Shown in pieces: positions 38,033 to 47,660 of a stretch of DNA of 64,000 nt (its first letter is position 1; every line of letters starts with the position of its first letter). This DNA comes from an uncultured Planctomycetales bacterium (GTDB lineage Bacteria; Omnitrophota; Gorgyraeia; Gygaellales; Profunditerraquicolaceae), in assembly GCA_964542785.1 (NCBI GenBank), contig CAZIUK010000004.1, forward strand, positions 3,691 to 67,690, read 5' to 3'. Position numbers and translations under genes: made by a program. Below the pieces are notes generated by a model. It was not told the origin of the DNA. It did not search any database and saw only the letters and a program-made list of their open reading frames with translations.

Positions 38033-38943
38033 TAGTTATCTATGGCATGCCTAAAATCAAAAGGTTTAAATCTCCTGTTGTAGTTTTAGGAGTCTTTGAC
38101 GGGGTTCACCGCGCTCATCAAAAGATAATCAACTCAACCGTTCAAACTGCCTATTCTATCGGCGGGACGAGTATTGTTTTGACCTTTTGGCCTCACCCCC
38201 AAAAAGAAAAAAGCCTCTATTCATTAGAACATAGGTTAAAGATTTTAAAAGAGCTACGCGTAGATGTGTGTGTAGTAGTAGATTTTAACTTAAAGTTTGC
38301 TAAAATTTCAGCAGAAGGTTTTGTAAAAAATATTTTAGTTGATAAATTATCTGCTAAGTATCTTTATGTAGGTAAGGATTTTAGGTTTGGCAAGGGTGCC
38401 TCAGGTTCTTTAGTTTTATTAAAAAAATTAGGGAGGCGTTTTGGTTTTAAGATTAAAGGTTTCAATATGTTAAAGTATAACCGGATTCCTGTTAGTAGTA
38501 CTTTAATCCGCAAGATGATAACTACTGGGGATATAGAGAAGGCAGCTAAATTATTAGGCCGGCCTGTGAGCGTATTAGGGAGAGTAGTAAAGGGGGATTC
38601 CTTAGGTAAGAAGATAGGTTTCCCGACGGCAAATATAAAACCTCATCATGAAGTAATTCCCTCTTGCGGGGTATATGCGGCTAAGGTTATTTTAGGCAAA
38701 AAGGTATTAAAGGGGGCATGTTATATAGGAAGAAAGCCGACTATAAAAGAGACAAAAAAGAGGGTTGGCGTGGAGGTACATATATTAAATTATAAAGGAG
38801 ACTTGTATAATAAGGATGTTGAGGTTCAATTTGTCAAAAGGATTCGTCCTGATAAAAAGTTTTCGTCATTATATTTTTTAACCGCACAAATCAAAAAAGA
38901 TCTCTTTAAGATTAAGAGGGTATTTTCCTCCCTTCAAAAATAG
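38029..38943 (+). CDS. ribF: bifunctional riboflavin kinase / FAD synthetase
   Basis: N-terminal FAD-synthetase nucleotidyltransferase fold (VLGVFDGVHRAHQ) and C-terminal riboflavin kinase (GFPTANI). Confidence 0.85.
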   Translation: MIVIYGMPKIKRFKSPVVVLGVFDGVHRAHQKIINSTVQTAYSIGGTSIVLTFWPHPQKEKSLYSLEHRLKILKELRVDVCVVVDFNLKFAKISAEGFVKNILVDKLSAKYLYVGKDFRFGKGASGSLVLLKKLGRRFGFKIKGFNMLKYNRIPVSSTLIRKMITTGDIEKAAKLLGRPVSVLGRVVKGDSLGKKIGFPTANIKPHHEVIPSCGVYAAKVILGKKVLKGACYIGRKPTIKETKKRVGVEVHILNYKGDLYNKDVEVQFVKRIRPDKKFSSLYFLTAQIKKDLFKIKRVFSSLQK

Positions 38944-39015
38944 CACTACACCTAGGTATTCTCCTCTTAATATATACTACCCTTTGTTTTATAATAAGTT
39001 AGGTAAATTTTTTAC

Positions 39016-39044
39016 TTGACAAGATAGGGTATTTTCTTTATACT
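39016..39044 (+). promoter_or_regulatory. sigma70-like promoter TTGACA-N17-TATACT for mraZ (dcw cluster)
   Basis: Hexamers at 39016-39021 and 39039-39044. Confidence 0.45.
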
Positions 39045-39055
39045 TGACCTACAGA

Positions 39056-39080
39056 GTGGGTTAAAGTGGAGTATAGTGGA
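39056..39080 (+). promoter_or_regulatory. three direct GTGG[GA] repeats at exact 10-bp periodicity = candidate MraZ operator
   Basis: GTGGG at 39056, GTGGA at 39066 and GTGGA at 39076, lying between the -10 and the mraZ ribosome-binding site. This matches the described MraZ-box arrangement of direct repeats. Confidence 0.5.
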
Positions 39081-39109
39081 AAGCCACAAATCAGGCAAGG
39101 AGAGTTGAT

Positions 39110-39547
39110 ATGTTTTATGGGGAATATTTTCATTCTATAGACCGCAAGGGCCGCCTGATATTGCCTGCTAAATTCCGCGAAACCGCCAAAGCGTATTTTA
39201 TTGAAAAATTTTTTGTTACCCGCGGGTTAGACGGATGTTTATTTATGTTTGCTGAAGAGGAATGGAGGACGCAGGAAAATAAGTTTAAATCAGTCTCCTT
39301 TGTTAAGGCCGAATCCAGAAAATTCAACAGGCTTTATTTCTCTGGAGCAATAGATGTTACTTTTGATGCCCAAGGCAGGATTCTCCTTCCGCAATACTTA
39401 AAAGATTTTGCCCAGCTTAAAAAAGAGGTTGCTGTTATCGGAGTAGCTAATAGGATTGAAATTTGGTCTAAAGATAGATGGAGCGAGTTTTACGGCAATT
39501 CCAAACAATCCTTTGAGGAGATTGCCGAGAGATTGATTGATGGCTAG
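39110..39547 (+). CDS. mraZ: transcriptional regulator MraZ
   Basis: 145 aa with duplicated MraZ/SpoVT-AbrB repeats (DRKGRLILPAKFR ... DAQGRILLPQYL). Confidence 0.9.
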   Translation: MFYGEYFHSIDRKGRLILPAKFRETAKAYFIEKFFVTRGLDGCLFMFAEEEWRTQENKFKSVSFVKAESRKFNRLYFSGAIDVTFDAQGRILLPQYLKDFAQLKKEVAVIGVANRIEIWSKDRWSEFYGNSKQSFEEIAERLIDG

Positions 39548-40442
39548 TACGGATTTGCACATCCCCGTAATGTTACGGGAGGTGTTAGATTTTTTAGATC
39601 TAGAAAAAGGGGACAGAATATTAGATGCCACGCTGGGGACAGCGGGACATTCTAAAAAGATTTTAGAGCGGATTCTCCCTGGAGGGGGGCTCATTGGCAT
39701 TGATCGTGATGAAAACTCTTTATCTGTTGCGCGTCAAAGGTTAAGTGAGTTTGGGTCCGTTTGTACTTTTGTTCACGGAAACTTCGTGGATATAGATAAG
39801 ATCCTTGAAAAGTTAAATGTAGATAAGGTTGACGGGATACTCTTTGATTTAGGAATATCTTCTTATCAACTTAAGGACGCAGCGCGGGGGTTTAGCTTTC
39901 AGAAAGAAGGGCCTTTAGATATGCGTATGGATAAGGATAGCTATATATCAGCGTATGATTTGATTAATAACCTTAATGAAGAAGAGCTTTCTGCCTTGCT
40001 TTGGAATTTTGGCGAAGAGCGTTGGCACAACCGCATTGCGCGTATTTTAGTTAAAGAGAGACAAAGACAACCTATTGCTACTACTTTAGAGTTGGCTGAT
40101 ATTGTATCTCGGTCTATCCCGCGGCGTTATCGCGCTAAGCATTACCGCATACATCCGGCTACGAGGACTTTTCAGGCGGTGCGTATTGCAGTAAATAGGG
40201 AACTAGAGATACTAAGCTCGGCGGTATCCAAGGCGATTTTGGCTTTGCAAAAACAGGCAAGGATTTGTGTTATATCTTTTCATTCGTTAGAAGATAGATT
40301 GATAAAGTTAGCGTTTCGTAAGGCAGAGGCAGAAGGGGAAATTAAGATACTTACCCCAAAACCTTTGACTCCGGCGCTATCAGAGATAACTTTTAATCCA
40401 TTAAGCCGCTCATCTAAATTGAGGGTGGCAGAAAGAGAGTGA
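39537..40442 (+). CDS. rsmH: 16S rRNA (cytosine1402-N4)-methyltransferase RsmH (MraW)
   Basis: HIPVMLREV N-terminus, SAM-binding DATLGTAGHS, and FDLGISSYQLKD. Confidence 0.9.
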   Translation: MMASTDLHIPVMLREVLDFLDLEKGDRILDATLGTAGHSKKILERILPGGGLIGIDRDENSLSVARQRLSEFGSVCTFVHGNFVDIDKILEKLNVDKVDGILFDLGISSYQLKDAARGFSFQKEGPLDMRMDKDSYISAYDLINNLNEEELSALLWNFGEERWHNRIARILVKERQRQPIATTLELADIVSRSIPRRYRAKHYRIHPATRTFQAVRIAVNRELEILSSAVSKAILALQKQARICVISFHSLEDRLIKLAFRKAEAEGEIKILTPKPLTPALSEITFNPLSRSSKLRVAERE

Positions 40443-40446
40443 GCCT

Positions 40447-40818
40447 ATGAGATTAAATAAATTTTTATCCGGGGCAGCTTTTATTACCTTTTTTTCCCTC
40501 CTTTATGTGTATCAACAAAGCGAGATTATACGCTTAGCTTATGCAGGACAGAAACAGCGCTTAGTATTCCAAGACCTATTAGACAAAAATAGCGTTTTAC
40601 GTTACAATATTGAAAGGAGCGCTTCTTTAGTTAGTATCGGAAACAGTATATCTGGAAATTCTGATTTTCAGATGCCTGATAAATATCAATTAGTGAGGTT
40701 AACGCCTACTTTGGATGGCACTGTCCTAACAGATGCAGGAAATAGCAGCGGCCCTGAGATAATCGCTAGTATTTTAGGTTTAAATAGGCGCGCGGAAGCA
40801 AAGACTATCAGTCCTTAA
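40447..40818 (+). CDS. FtsL-like cell division protein (small bitopic membrane protein)
   Basis: 123 aa with a single N-terminal transmembrane helix, in the canonical position between rsmH and ftsI. Confidence 0.5.
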   Translation: MRLNKFLSGAAFITFFSLLYVYQQSEIIRLAYAGQKQRLVFQDLLDKNSVLRYNIERSASLVSIGNSISGNSDFQMPDKYQLVRLTPTLDGTVLTDAGNSSGPEIIASILGLNRRAEAKTISP

Positions 40819-40841
40819 ATTTTTTTAACTAAATTTTAAAA

Positions 40842-42560
40842 GTGCATATTAGCAACTATCGCCGTAGGTGCGAGGCGGTATTTTTCTTTATCCTTCTTTT
40901 CTTATTAGCCTGTATCTTGAGGCTCGCCTATATACAGGCATTTCGCGCAGATTACTTGGCAGGCATTGCCAAAAAACAACACAATACCTATACAGAGATA
41001 GAGCCTTTCAGGGGGATAATCTATGATGTTAACCTTAAGCCGCAGACGCTTAACCTCCCTGCTGATTCGCTTTATGCCGCCCCTAATAAGATAAATAATC
41101 AGGAGAAGGAGAGAGTAATAAATCTCTTATCTTCTCGCTTAAATTTAAGCTATGAATACCTTAAGAATAGGCTGTTGCGTAAAAAGGCTTTTGTTTGGGT
41201 GAAGCGTAAGCTGGATATAGAAGAAGCAGAAGAGATAAGGAAGCTTAAGATTAGGCACTTAGGTTTTATCAGGGAGAGCAGGCGTAGTTATCCTAATAGC
41301 TACTTAGCCAGCCAGATTATAGGTTTTGCCGGTATGGATAATGTGGGGTTAGAAGGTATTGAGTTATATCTTGATAAATACTTGAAAGGCACTCCTGGGT
41401 GGGGGATATTTTTGCGTGATGCCCGCCAGTCAAAACTTGATGTCTATGAAAAGATGTCCGCGCCTAAAGACGGGTTGGATGTAGTCCTTACGATTGACCA
41501 GGTTGTCCAGTATATAGCAGAGAGAGAATTGGATAAGGCATATAAAAAATATAATGCAAAGGCTGCTAGTATAATTGTTATGGATCCTTATACAGGAAGA
41601 ATATTAGCCATGGCAAACCGACCAACTTATGATTTAAATGAATTTAAAGATGCAAACAGGGAAGAGAAGAGGAACCGCTCTATATGCGATTTATTTGAGC
41701 CGGGTTCAGTTTTTAAGATTGTTACTGCTGCCGCGGCTTTGGAAGAAAAAATTATTGATGAAGAAGAGAGGATATTTTGCGAGGAAGGCTCTTATCGGGT
41801 AGCAAAACATACCCTGCATGACCATGTCCCCCATGGTTGGTTGACCTTTAGGGAGGTTATAGAGAAGTCCAGCAATATAGGAACGGTTAAGGTCGCTCAG
41901 CTTCTTGGGGCTAATATAATATATAAGTATGTAAGACTTTTTGGTTTTGGAGAAAAACTCGGGATTGATCTTCCGGGGGAGATATCAGGGTTAGTAAAAG
42001 AGCCGCGCTATTGGTCAAAGACTTCCATTGGAGCTATACCTATAGGGCATGAGGTTGGTGTTACTGCTCTTCAGTTAGCAGCTGCTTTATCCGTAATCGC
42101 CAATGGAGGAAACCTGATGAGGCCTTATATCATAGACGAGATAAGAGAGAAGAGTGGAGAGGTAATCCAAAAAAATTCTCCTAGTTTAATCCGTAAAGTT
42201 ATCTGTGAAGATACTGCGGCGAGGTTATCAAAGATGTTAGCCGGGGTAGTCGAAGAGGGAACAGGAAAGATGGCACAGATTTCAGATATAACCTCTGCAG
42301 GCAAGACCGGAACAGCGCAAAAGATAGAGCCAAGCGGGGGCTATTCCCATAATAAATTCGTTGCTTCTTTTATCGGCTTTGCTCCTGCGCAGGAGCCGGT
42401 GGTTGTTATTGTAGTTTCTATAGATGAGCCTAAGCCTTATTATTTCGGCGGTGTTGTCGCCGCCCCGGTCTTTAGGAGTGTTGCAAGTGATACGGTAAAA
42501 TACCTTAAAACTAAAGAGGCATTATTTAAAGTAGAGCCTAATGCAAATAAGAGAACTTAA
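40842..42560 (+). CDS. ftsI: peptidoglycan D,D-transpeptidase FtsI (class B PBP)
   Basis: Transmembrane anchor, PBP dimerisation domain, and the SxxK (GSVFK), SxN (SSN) and KTG (KTGT) motifs. Confidence 0.85.
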   Translation: MHISNYRRRCEAVFFFILLFLLACILRLAYIQAFRADYLAGIAKKQHNTYTEIEPFRGIIYDVNLKPQTLNLPADSLYAAPNKINNQEKERVINLLSSRLNLSYEYLKNRLLRKKAFVWVKRKLDIEEAEEIRKLKIRHLGFIRESRRSYPNSYLASQIIGFAGMDNVGLEGIELYLDKYLKGTPGWGIFLRDARQSKLDVYEKMSAPKDGLDVVLTIDQVVQYIAERELDKAYKKYNAKAASIIVMDPYTGRILAMANRPTYDLNEFKDANREEKRNRSICDLFEPGSVFKIVTAAAALEEKIIDEEERIFCEEGSYRVAKHTLHDHVPHGWLTFREVIEKSSNIGTVKVAQLLGANIIYKYVRLFGFGEKLGIDLPGEISGLVKEPRYWSKTSIGAIPIGHEVGVTALQLAAALSVIANGGNLMRPYIIDEIREKSGEVIQKNSPSLIRKVICEDTAARLSKMLAGVVEEGTGKMAQISDITSAGKTGTAQKIEPSGGYSHNKFVASFIGFAPAQEPVVVIVVSIDEPKPYYFGGVVAAPVFRSVASDTVKYLKTKEALFKVEPNANKRT

Positions 42561-43974
42561 TAATCTTATTAGAAGCGGATATTTTAAAGGGTTAACTTCT
42601 GATTCGAGGTTGGTAAAAGAGGGTTTTTTATTTATTGCCGTAAAGGGAGCAAAAGAGGATGGGGGAAGGTTTATCTTTAAGGCCATCTCCTCTGGGGCTA
42701 AGGGAATTGTTTGCGATGTAAATGCCAAGGTGGGTAAAGTTAAAGATGTGAATTTGGTTAGGGTTAAGGATACGCGTACTGCAGCCGCCCAATTAGCCGC
42801 AGATTTTTACCATAATCCTTCTTCAAAGATTAAGGTTGTAGGAGTAACCGGGACAAGCGGAAAGACTACGGTTACTTACCTTTTGGAAGCGGTTATAAGG
42901 GAGTGCGGATTTAACCCGGCAGTTATAGGGACTGTCAACTACCGGTTTAATAAAAAGGTTTTCCCCTCAAGGAATACTACTCCGGGTCCTGTAGAGTTAA
43001 ATTCTATTCTCTCTGATATGGTAAAAGAGAGGATAGATTATGCAGCAATAGAAGTATCTTCACATGCCTTAGAGCAAAAGAGGGCATTAAGTATATCTTT
43101 TCACTCTGCTATCCTTACTAATATTGCTTATGACCATCTTGATTACCATAAAACAATCAACAGATATGTTGCATCAAAGCTTAAGCTTTTTAAGGATTCT
43201 TCTTTACTTAATTTTGCCCTTTTAAACCGCGATGACAAATATTATTCTTTATTTAAAAAGGCGAGCAAAGCTGATGTTATGGATTATGGGTTAAAAAAAA
43301 ATGCTACAATTAGGGCGGTGGATATTAAGTGCAATCTTGACTGCACGAAATTCTCATTAGCCTATCCCGGGGGTAAGATATCTATGAAGGTCCCTTTGAT
43401 TGGGAGGCATAATGTATATAATATCTTGGCTGCTTTTGCTTGGGGGTATAGAGAAGGATTCCCTTTAGGAAAGGTAAAATCTGCCTTAGAGAAATTTAGT
43501 TTAGTTCCGGGTAGGTTAGAGAGGATAGACTCTGGGAGGGGGTTTTCTGTATTTGTAGATTATGCGCATACCGAAGATGCCCTAAGGAGCGTTCTTCTGA
43601 CTTTAAGGAACCTGCCCTTTAACAGGGTTATTACCCTTTTTGGCTGCGGCGGAGAGAGGGATGTTTCTAAAAGGCCTAAGATGGGTAGGATTTCAACGGA
43701 GCTCTCTGATTTCGTAGTTATCACTAATGATAACCCGCGCTCTGAGGACCCAGAGAAGATAATTCAAGATATAAAAGGGGGGATAAGAAAGAAGAATTTT
43801 TCTGTTATCTTAGATAGAAGGGAAGCGATTAAAAAAGTTTTGTCTATTGCGCAAGATTCAGATGTTGTCCTTATTGCAGGCAAGGGCCATGAGGATTATC
43901 AGATATTAAAAGATAAGGTCATAAAATTTGACGACCGCAAAGAAATAGAATTATGTTTAAAATCCATGAGTTAG
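42541..43974 (+). CDS. murE: UDP-N-acetylmuramoyl-L-alanyl-D-glutamate--2,6-diaminopimelate ligase
   Basis: GVTGTSGKTT P-loop; DNPR motif (meso-DAP specificity). Confidence 0.9.
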   Translation: MQIRELNNLIRSGYFKGLTSDSRLVKEGFLFIAVKGAKEDGGRFIFKAISSGAKGIVCDVNAKVGKVKDVNLVRVKDTRTAAAQLAADFYHNPSSKIKVVGVTGTSGKTTVTYLLEAVIRECGFNPAVIGTVNYRFNKKVFPSRNTTPGPVELNSILSDMVKERIDYAAIEVSSHALEQKRALSISFHSAILTNIAYDHLDYHKTINRYVASKLKLFKDSSLLNFALLNRDDKYYSLFKKASKADVMDYGLKKNATIRAVDIKCNLDCTKFSLAYPGGKISMKVPLIGRHNVYNILAAFAWGYREGFPLGKVKSALEKFSLVPGRLERIDSGRGFSVFVDYAHTEDALRSVLLTLRNLPFNRVITLFGCGGERDVSKRPKMGRISTELSDFVVITNDNPRSEDPEKIIQDIKGGIRKKNFSVILDRREAIKKVLSIAQDSDVVLIAGKGHEDYQILKDKVIKFDDRKEIELCLKSMS

Positions 43975-45299
43975 TTTTAGCTAGCGAGGGCAGGCTCTTA
44001 TCAGGGGATTCGGATAAGATAGTAAGCGGTATTTCTGTTGATTCCCGTAAGATTAGAAAAGGTGAGGCGTTTATAGCTTTTAAGGGGGACAATTTTGACG
44101 GGCATGATTTTATCCCTGAGGCAGTTAAAAAAGGAGCTGTTTGTATAATTGCCGAAAAGCCGGTTATGCGCATAAAGGGGGTGGCTTTAATTAGGGTAAA
44201 AAATTCTCTTGAATCTTTAGGGAGGATAGCTCGGTATAACCGCAATAGGTATAATGTCCCGGTAATCGCTGTTACCGGTTCATCCGGGAAGACTACGGTT
44301 AAAGATATGATTACAAGGGTGCTTTCAGAGAAGTTTAAGGTCTTAAGCACTCAAGGGAATCAGAACAACCATATTGGCCTGCCGCTTACCCTATTAAAGT
44401 TAGACAGAAGTTATGGAGTAGTAGTTTTAGAGTTAGGGACTAACCACTTTGGCGAGATTGAATATTTAAGCCGGATAGCCTTAGCTAATGTTGGGGTAAT
44501 TACCAATATCGGCCCTTCGCATCTAAAATATTTTAAGAGCCTAGAAGGGGTATTTAGAGAAAAACATGCGCTGTTAAAAAATTTAAAAAAACCTGCCGTA
44601 GCCGTTTTAAATGCCGATGACCTTTATCTAAAAAAAATTTTAATGAATAAAGGAGAAGGTTTATTTACCATAGGGGTGGGAATAGATAATAAAGCCGATT
44701 ATCAGGCTTTCCAAGCATGTCCTGTTAACGGAGCTTATTCTTTTAAGGTGAATAAGAGATTAAGATTTGCATTAGGTTCTTTAGGGTATTATAATATCTA
44801 TAATTCTTTAACTGCCATAGCTATTGCGAGAATTTTTGGCATCGGGTATCTTAAGATAAAGTCTGCCTTAGAGGGTTTTCAGGCTCCGGCAGGCAGGCTT
44901 GAAATTATCAAAAGAAGAGGTTTAAGGTTTATCGATAGTACTTACAACTCTAATCCTATCTCTTTATCCTATGCCCTTGATTTACTCAGTAGCCTGAAGG
45001 TTAAAGGCAGAAAGATAGCGGTCTTAGGGGATATGCTTGAGTTAGGCAGGGGCTCTTTTGCCTTGCATAAAGAGGCGATAGAAAAAGCACTTTTGGTATG
45101 TGATAATCTTGTGGCAGTAGGACCTTTAAGTAAATTAAGCACAAGAACTAAAAAAAATAAATACAAGAATATAATCACTTGTAGTAACTCCTTACAGGCA
45201 CGTGAAGCATTGACAAGAAATTTGAAAGTTTCTGATAGGGATATTATTTTAGTTAAAGGCTCAAGAGGGATGAAGATGGAGGAGGTATTTAGTTTATAA
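43953..45299 (+). CDS. murF: UDP-N-acetylmuramoyl-tripeptide--D-alanyl-D-alanine ligase
   Basis: Mur ligase fold (GSSGKTT) in the canonical position. Confidence 0.85.
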   Translation: MFKIHELVLASEGRLLSGDSDKIVSGISVDSRKIRKGEAFIAFKGDNFDGHDFIPEAVKKGAVCIIAEKPVMRIKGVALIRVKNSLESLGRIARYNRNRYNVPVIAVTGSSGKTTVKDMITRVLSEKFKVLSTQGNQNNHIGLPLTLLKLDRSYGVVVLELGTNHFGEIEYLSRIALANVGVITNIGPSHLKYFKSLEGVFREKHALLKNLKKPAVAVLNADDLYLKKILMNKGEGLFTIGVGIDNKADYQAFQACPVNGAYSFKVNKRLRFALGSLGYYNIYNSLTAIAIARIFGIGYLKIKSALEGFQAPAGRLEIIKRRGLRFIDSTYNSNPISLSYALDLLSSLKVKGRKIAVLGDMLELGRGSFALHKEAIEKALLVCDNLVAVGPLSKLSTRTKKNKYKNIITCSNSLQAREALTRNLKVSDRDIILVKGSRGMKMEEVFSL

Positions 45300-46388
45300 A
45301 TGTTATACAATTTACTTTTCCCTTTGCATAAGTCATTTTCTTTTTTAAACGTCTTTCGTTATATTACTTTCCGGGCGGCGATGGCGGCGTTAACAAGTTT
45401 TTTGATAAGCCTTTTATTAGCCCCTTATTTGATAAAAAAGTTAAAGGAGCTTAAGATTGGAGAGAAGATTAATAAGGGAGATAGCATTGTACTTGATAAC
45501 CTGCATCAAGCTAAGAAAGATACCCCGACCATGGGCGGGATTCTTATTCTAGCGGCAGTAGTTATTTCAACCTTATTATGGGCGGATATTTTTAGTAAGC
45601 ATATATGGGTAGTGCTTTTTAGTACTCTCTGGCTTGGTATAACCGGATTTATAGACGATTATCTTAAGCAGGTCAAAAAGAACGCTAAGGGGATTACGGC
45701 TAAAACAAAGTTTGCCAGCCAAATAGTATTAGGGTTAATTCTAGGTACTATTTTTATCTTTGGTTTTCAAGGGAGTTTAAAGTTAGATATCCCTTTTCTT
45801 AAAAATGTTTCTTTAGATTTAGACGGGCTTTATATTATTTTTGTGATTATAGTTATAGCCGGCACATCCAATGCGGTAAATCTTACCGACGGCTTGGATG
45901 GTTTAGCGATAGGTATAGTGGTAATGGTTGCTTTGGCTTTCAGTATTCTCTGCTATGTCTCAGGGCATATATATTTAAGTGAATACCTTCTTGTTCCTTA
46001 CATAAGAGGTAGTGGGGAGTTGACCGTATTTTGTTCTAGTATATTAGGCGCAGGTTTAGGATTTTTATGGTTTAACTGTTACCCTGCGTCTATCTTTATG
46101 GGGGATGTTGGTTCTTTGGCTTTAGGCGGGGCATTAGGCACAGTTGCGCTAATGATTAGGAAAGAGTTTCTTTTGCTGATTGCAGGCGGTATTTTTGTAA
46201 TAGAGGCTTTGTCAGTAATACTGCAGATAGCCTCATTTCGTTTAACTAAGAAGCGTATTTTTAGAATTGCTCCTTTTCACCACCACCTTGAATTTCTTAA
46301 GTGGCATGAGAACAAGGTTATTGTCCGGCTTTGGATTTTTGCCGGGCTTTTGGCGATATTAACTATAGCAACTTTAAAAATCCGTTAA
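45300..46388 (+). CDS. mraY: phospho-N-acetylmuramoyl-pentapeptide-transferase
   Basis: Ten-TM protein with NAVNLTDGLDGLA motif. Confidence 0.9.
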   Translation: MLYNLLFPLHKSFSFLNVFRYITFRAAMAALTSFLISLLLAPYLIKKLKELKIGEKINKGDSIVLDNLHQAKKDTPTMGGILILAAVVISTLLWADIFSKHIWVVLFSTLWLGITGFIDDYLKQVKKNAKGITAKTKFASQIVLGLILGTIFIFGFQGSLKLDIPFLKNVSLDLDGLYIIFVIIVIAGTSNAVNLTDGLDGLAIGIVVMVALAFSILCYVSGHIYLSEYLLVPYIRGSGELTVFCSSILGAGLGFLWFNCYPASIFMGDVGSLALGGALGTVALMIRKEFLLLIAGGIFVIEALSVILQIASFRLTKKRIFRIAPFHHHLEFLKWHENKVIVRLWIFAGLLAILTIATLKIR

Positions 46389-46395
46389 AACCTTA

Positions 46396-47652
46396 ATGAA
46401 GGATAAAAACTATTTTCAGGGCAAGAGTGTTCTTGTCGTCGGGTTTGGAAGAAGCGGTCTATCTTCTGCTAATCTTTTATATACTTTGGGCGCAAATGTT
46501 AAGGTTACCGATAATCAGGATAATGTTTTTACCCGTAGCAACTTAAACTCCTTAAGCTCAAAAGAGATATCTGTTGAACTTGGCAGGCACTCTAAGGATT
46601 TATTGCAAGGGGTATCTTTGCTTGTGATCTCTCCTGGCGTTCCGAGTGAATCTCCCCCGATATTATGGGCTAAGGAATTAAATATACCTATTATAAGCGA
46701 GATAGAGCTTGGTTTTTTATTTTGTCCTGCTAAGGTTATTGCTATAACCGGAACTTGTGGAAAGACTACGGTTACTACACTTTTAGGGAGAGTTTTTGAG
46801 GCAGCAGGTAAGAGGGCATTTACCTGTGGAAATATAGGCAACCCATTTACGCAAGAGTTAAGAAAAATGAGGAAAGAAGATTATGTGCTTCTTGAGGTTA
46901 GTTCTTTTCAATTGGAGTATATAGATAAATTCAGGCCTAAGGTTTCTATAATTCTTAATATAAGCCGCAATCATTTAGATAGATATACCGATATACAGAG
47001 GTATATTGAGGCTAAGGCGCGCATATTTAAGAATCAGGATAATTCGGATTTTTTAGTTTTAAATTATGATGATAAGGTTGTGCGGGAATTAGCCTCTAAG
47101 TCTAAGGCAAAGATAGTTTATTTTAAGGAGGAAGAGAAGTTAAATCCGAATCAATCGGCAGTCTTGGCGATTTCAAGGATATTCGGGATAAAGGATAGTA
47201 TAGTTAAAGATACCTTCTTTAAGTTTAAAGGGGTTGAGCACCGCATGGAAGAGGTTTTAGAGGTTAAGGGGGTAAAATTTATCAATGATTCTAAGGCTAC
47301 TACTACTGAGGCGACGGTTTGGGCTTTGAATAACCTAAGTTCTCCTGCGGTATTGATTGCCGGTGGCAGGGAAAAGGGCAATGATTACAGTAGAGTTTTA
47401 GAGGTAGCCCGTGATAGGATTAAGTCGATGGTTTTAATTGGCGAGTCTAAAGATACTATAAAAAAAGAGTTTTGTAGTTTTTTTGATATCTATCAGGCGG
47501 ATACCCTAGAAGAGGCAGTGGATAAGGCTTTTTCTTTGGCACTTAGCGGAGAGTGTGTCCTCTTTTCTCCTATGTGTAAGAGTTTTGATATGTTTTTAAA
47601 TTATGAGGCGAGGGGAAGGGCATTTAAAGACGCAGTACGCAAATTAGCTTAA
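46396..47652 (+). CDS. murD: UDP-N-acetylmuramoylalanine--D-glutamate ligase
   Basis: Rossmann N-domain GFGRSG and Mur ligase P-loop GTCGKTT. Confidence 0.85.
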   Translation: MKDKNYFQGKSVLVVGFGRSGLSSANLLYTLGANVKVTDNQDNVFTRSNLNSLSSKEISVELGRHSKDLLQGVSLLVISPGVPSESPPILWAKELNIPIISEIELGFLFCPAKVIAITGTCGKTTVTTLLGRVFEAAGKRAFTCGNIGNPFTQELRKMRKEDYVLLEVSSFQLEYIDKFRPKVSIILNISRNHLDRYTDIQRYIEAKARIFKNQDNSDFLVLNYDDKVVRELASKSKAKIVYFKEEEKLNPNQSAVLAISRIFGIKDSIVKDTFFKFKGVEHRMEEVLEVKGVKFINDSKATTTEATVWALNNLSSPAVLIAGGREKGNDYSRVLEVARDRIKSMVLIGESKDTIKKEFCSFFDIYQADTLEEAVDKAFSLALSGECVLFSPMCKSFDMFLNYEARGRAFKDAVRKLA

Positions 47653-47660
47653 GTTTTAAT

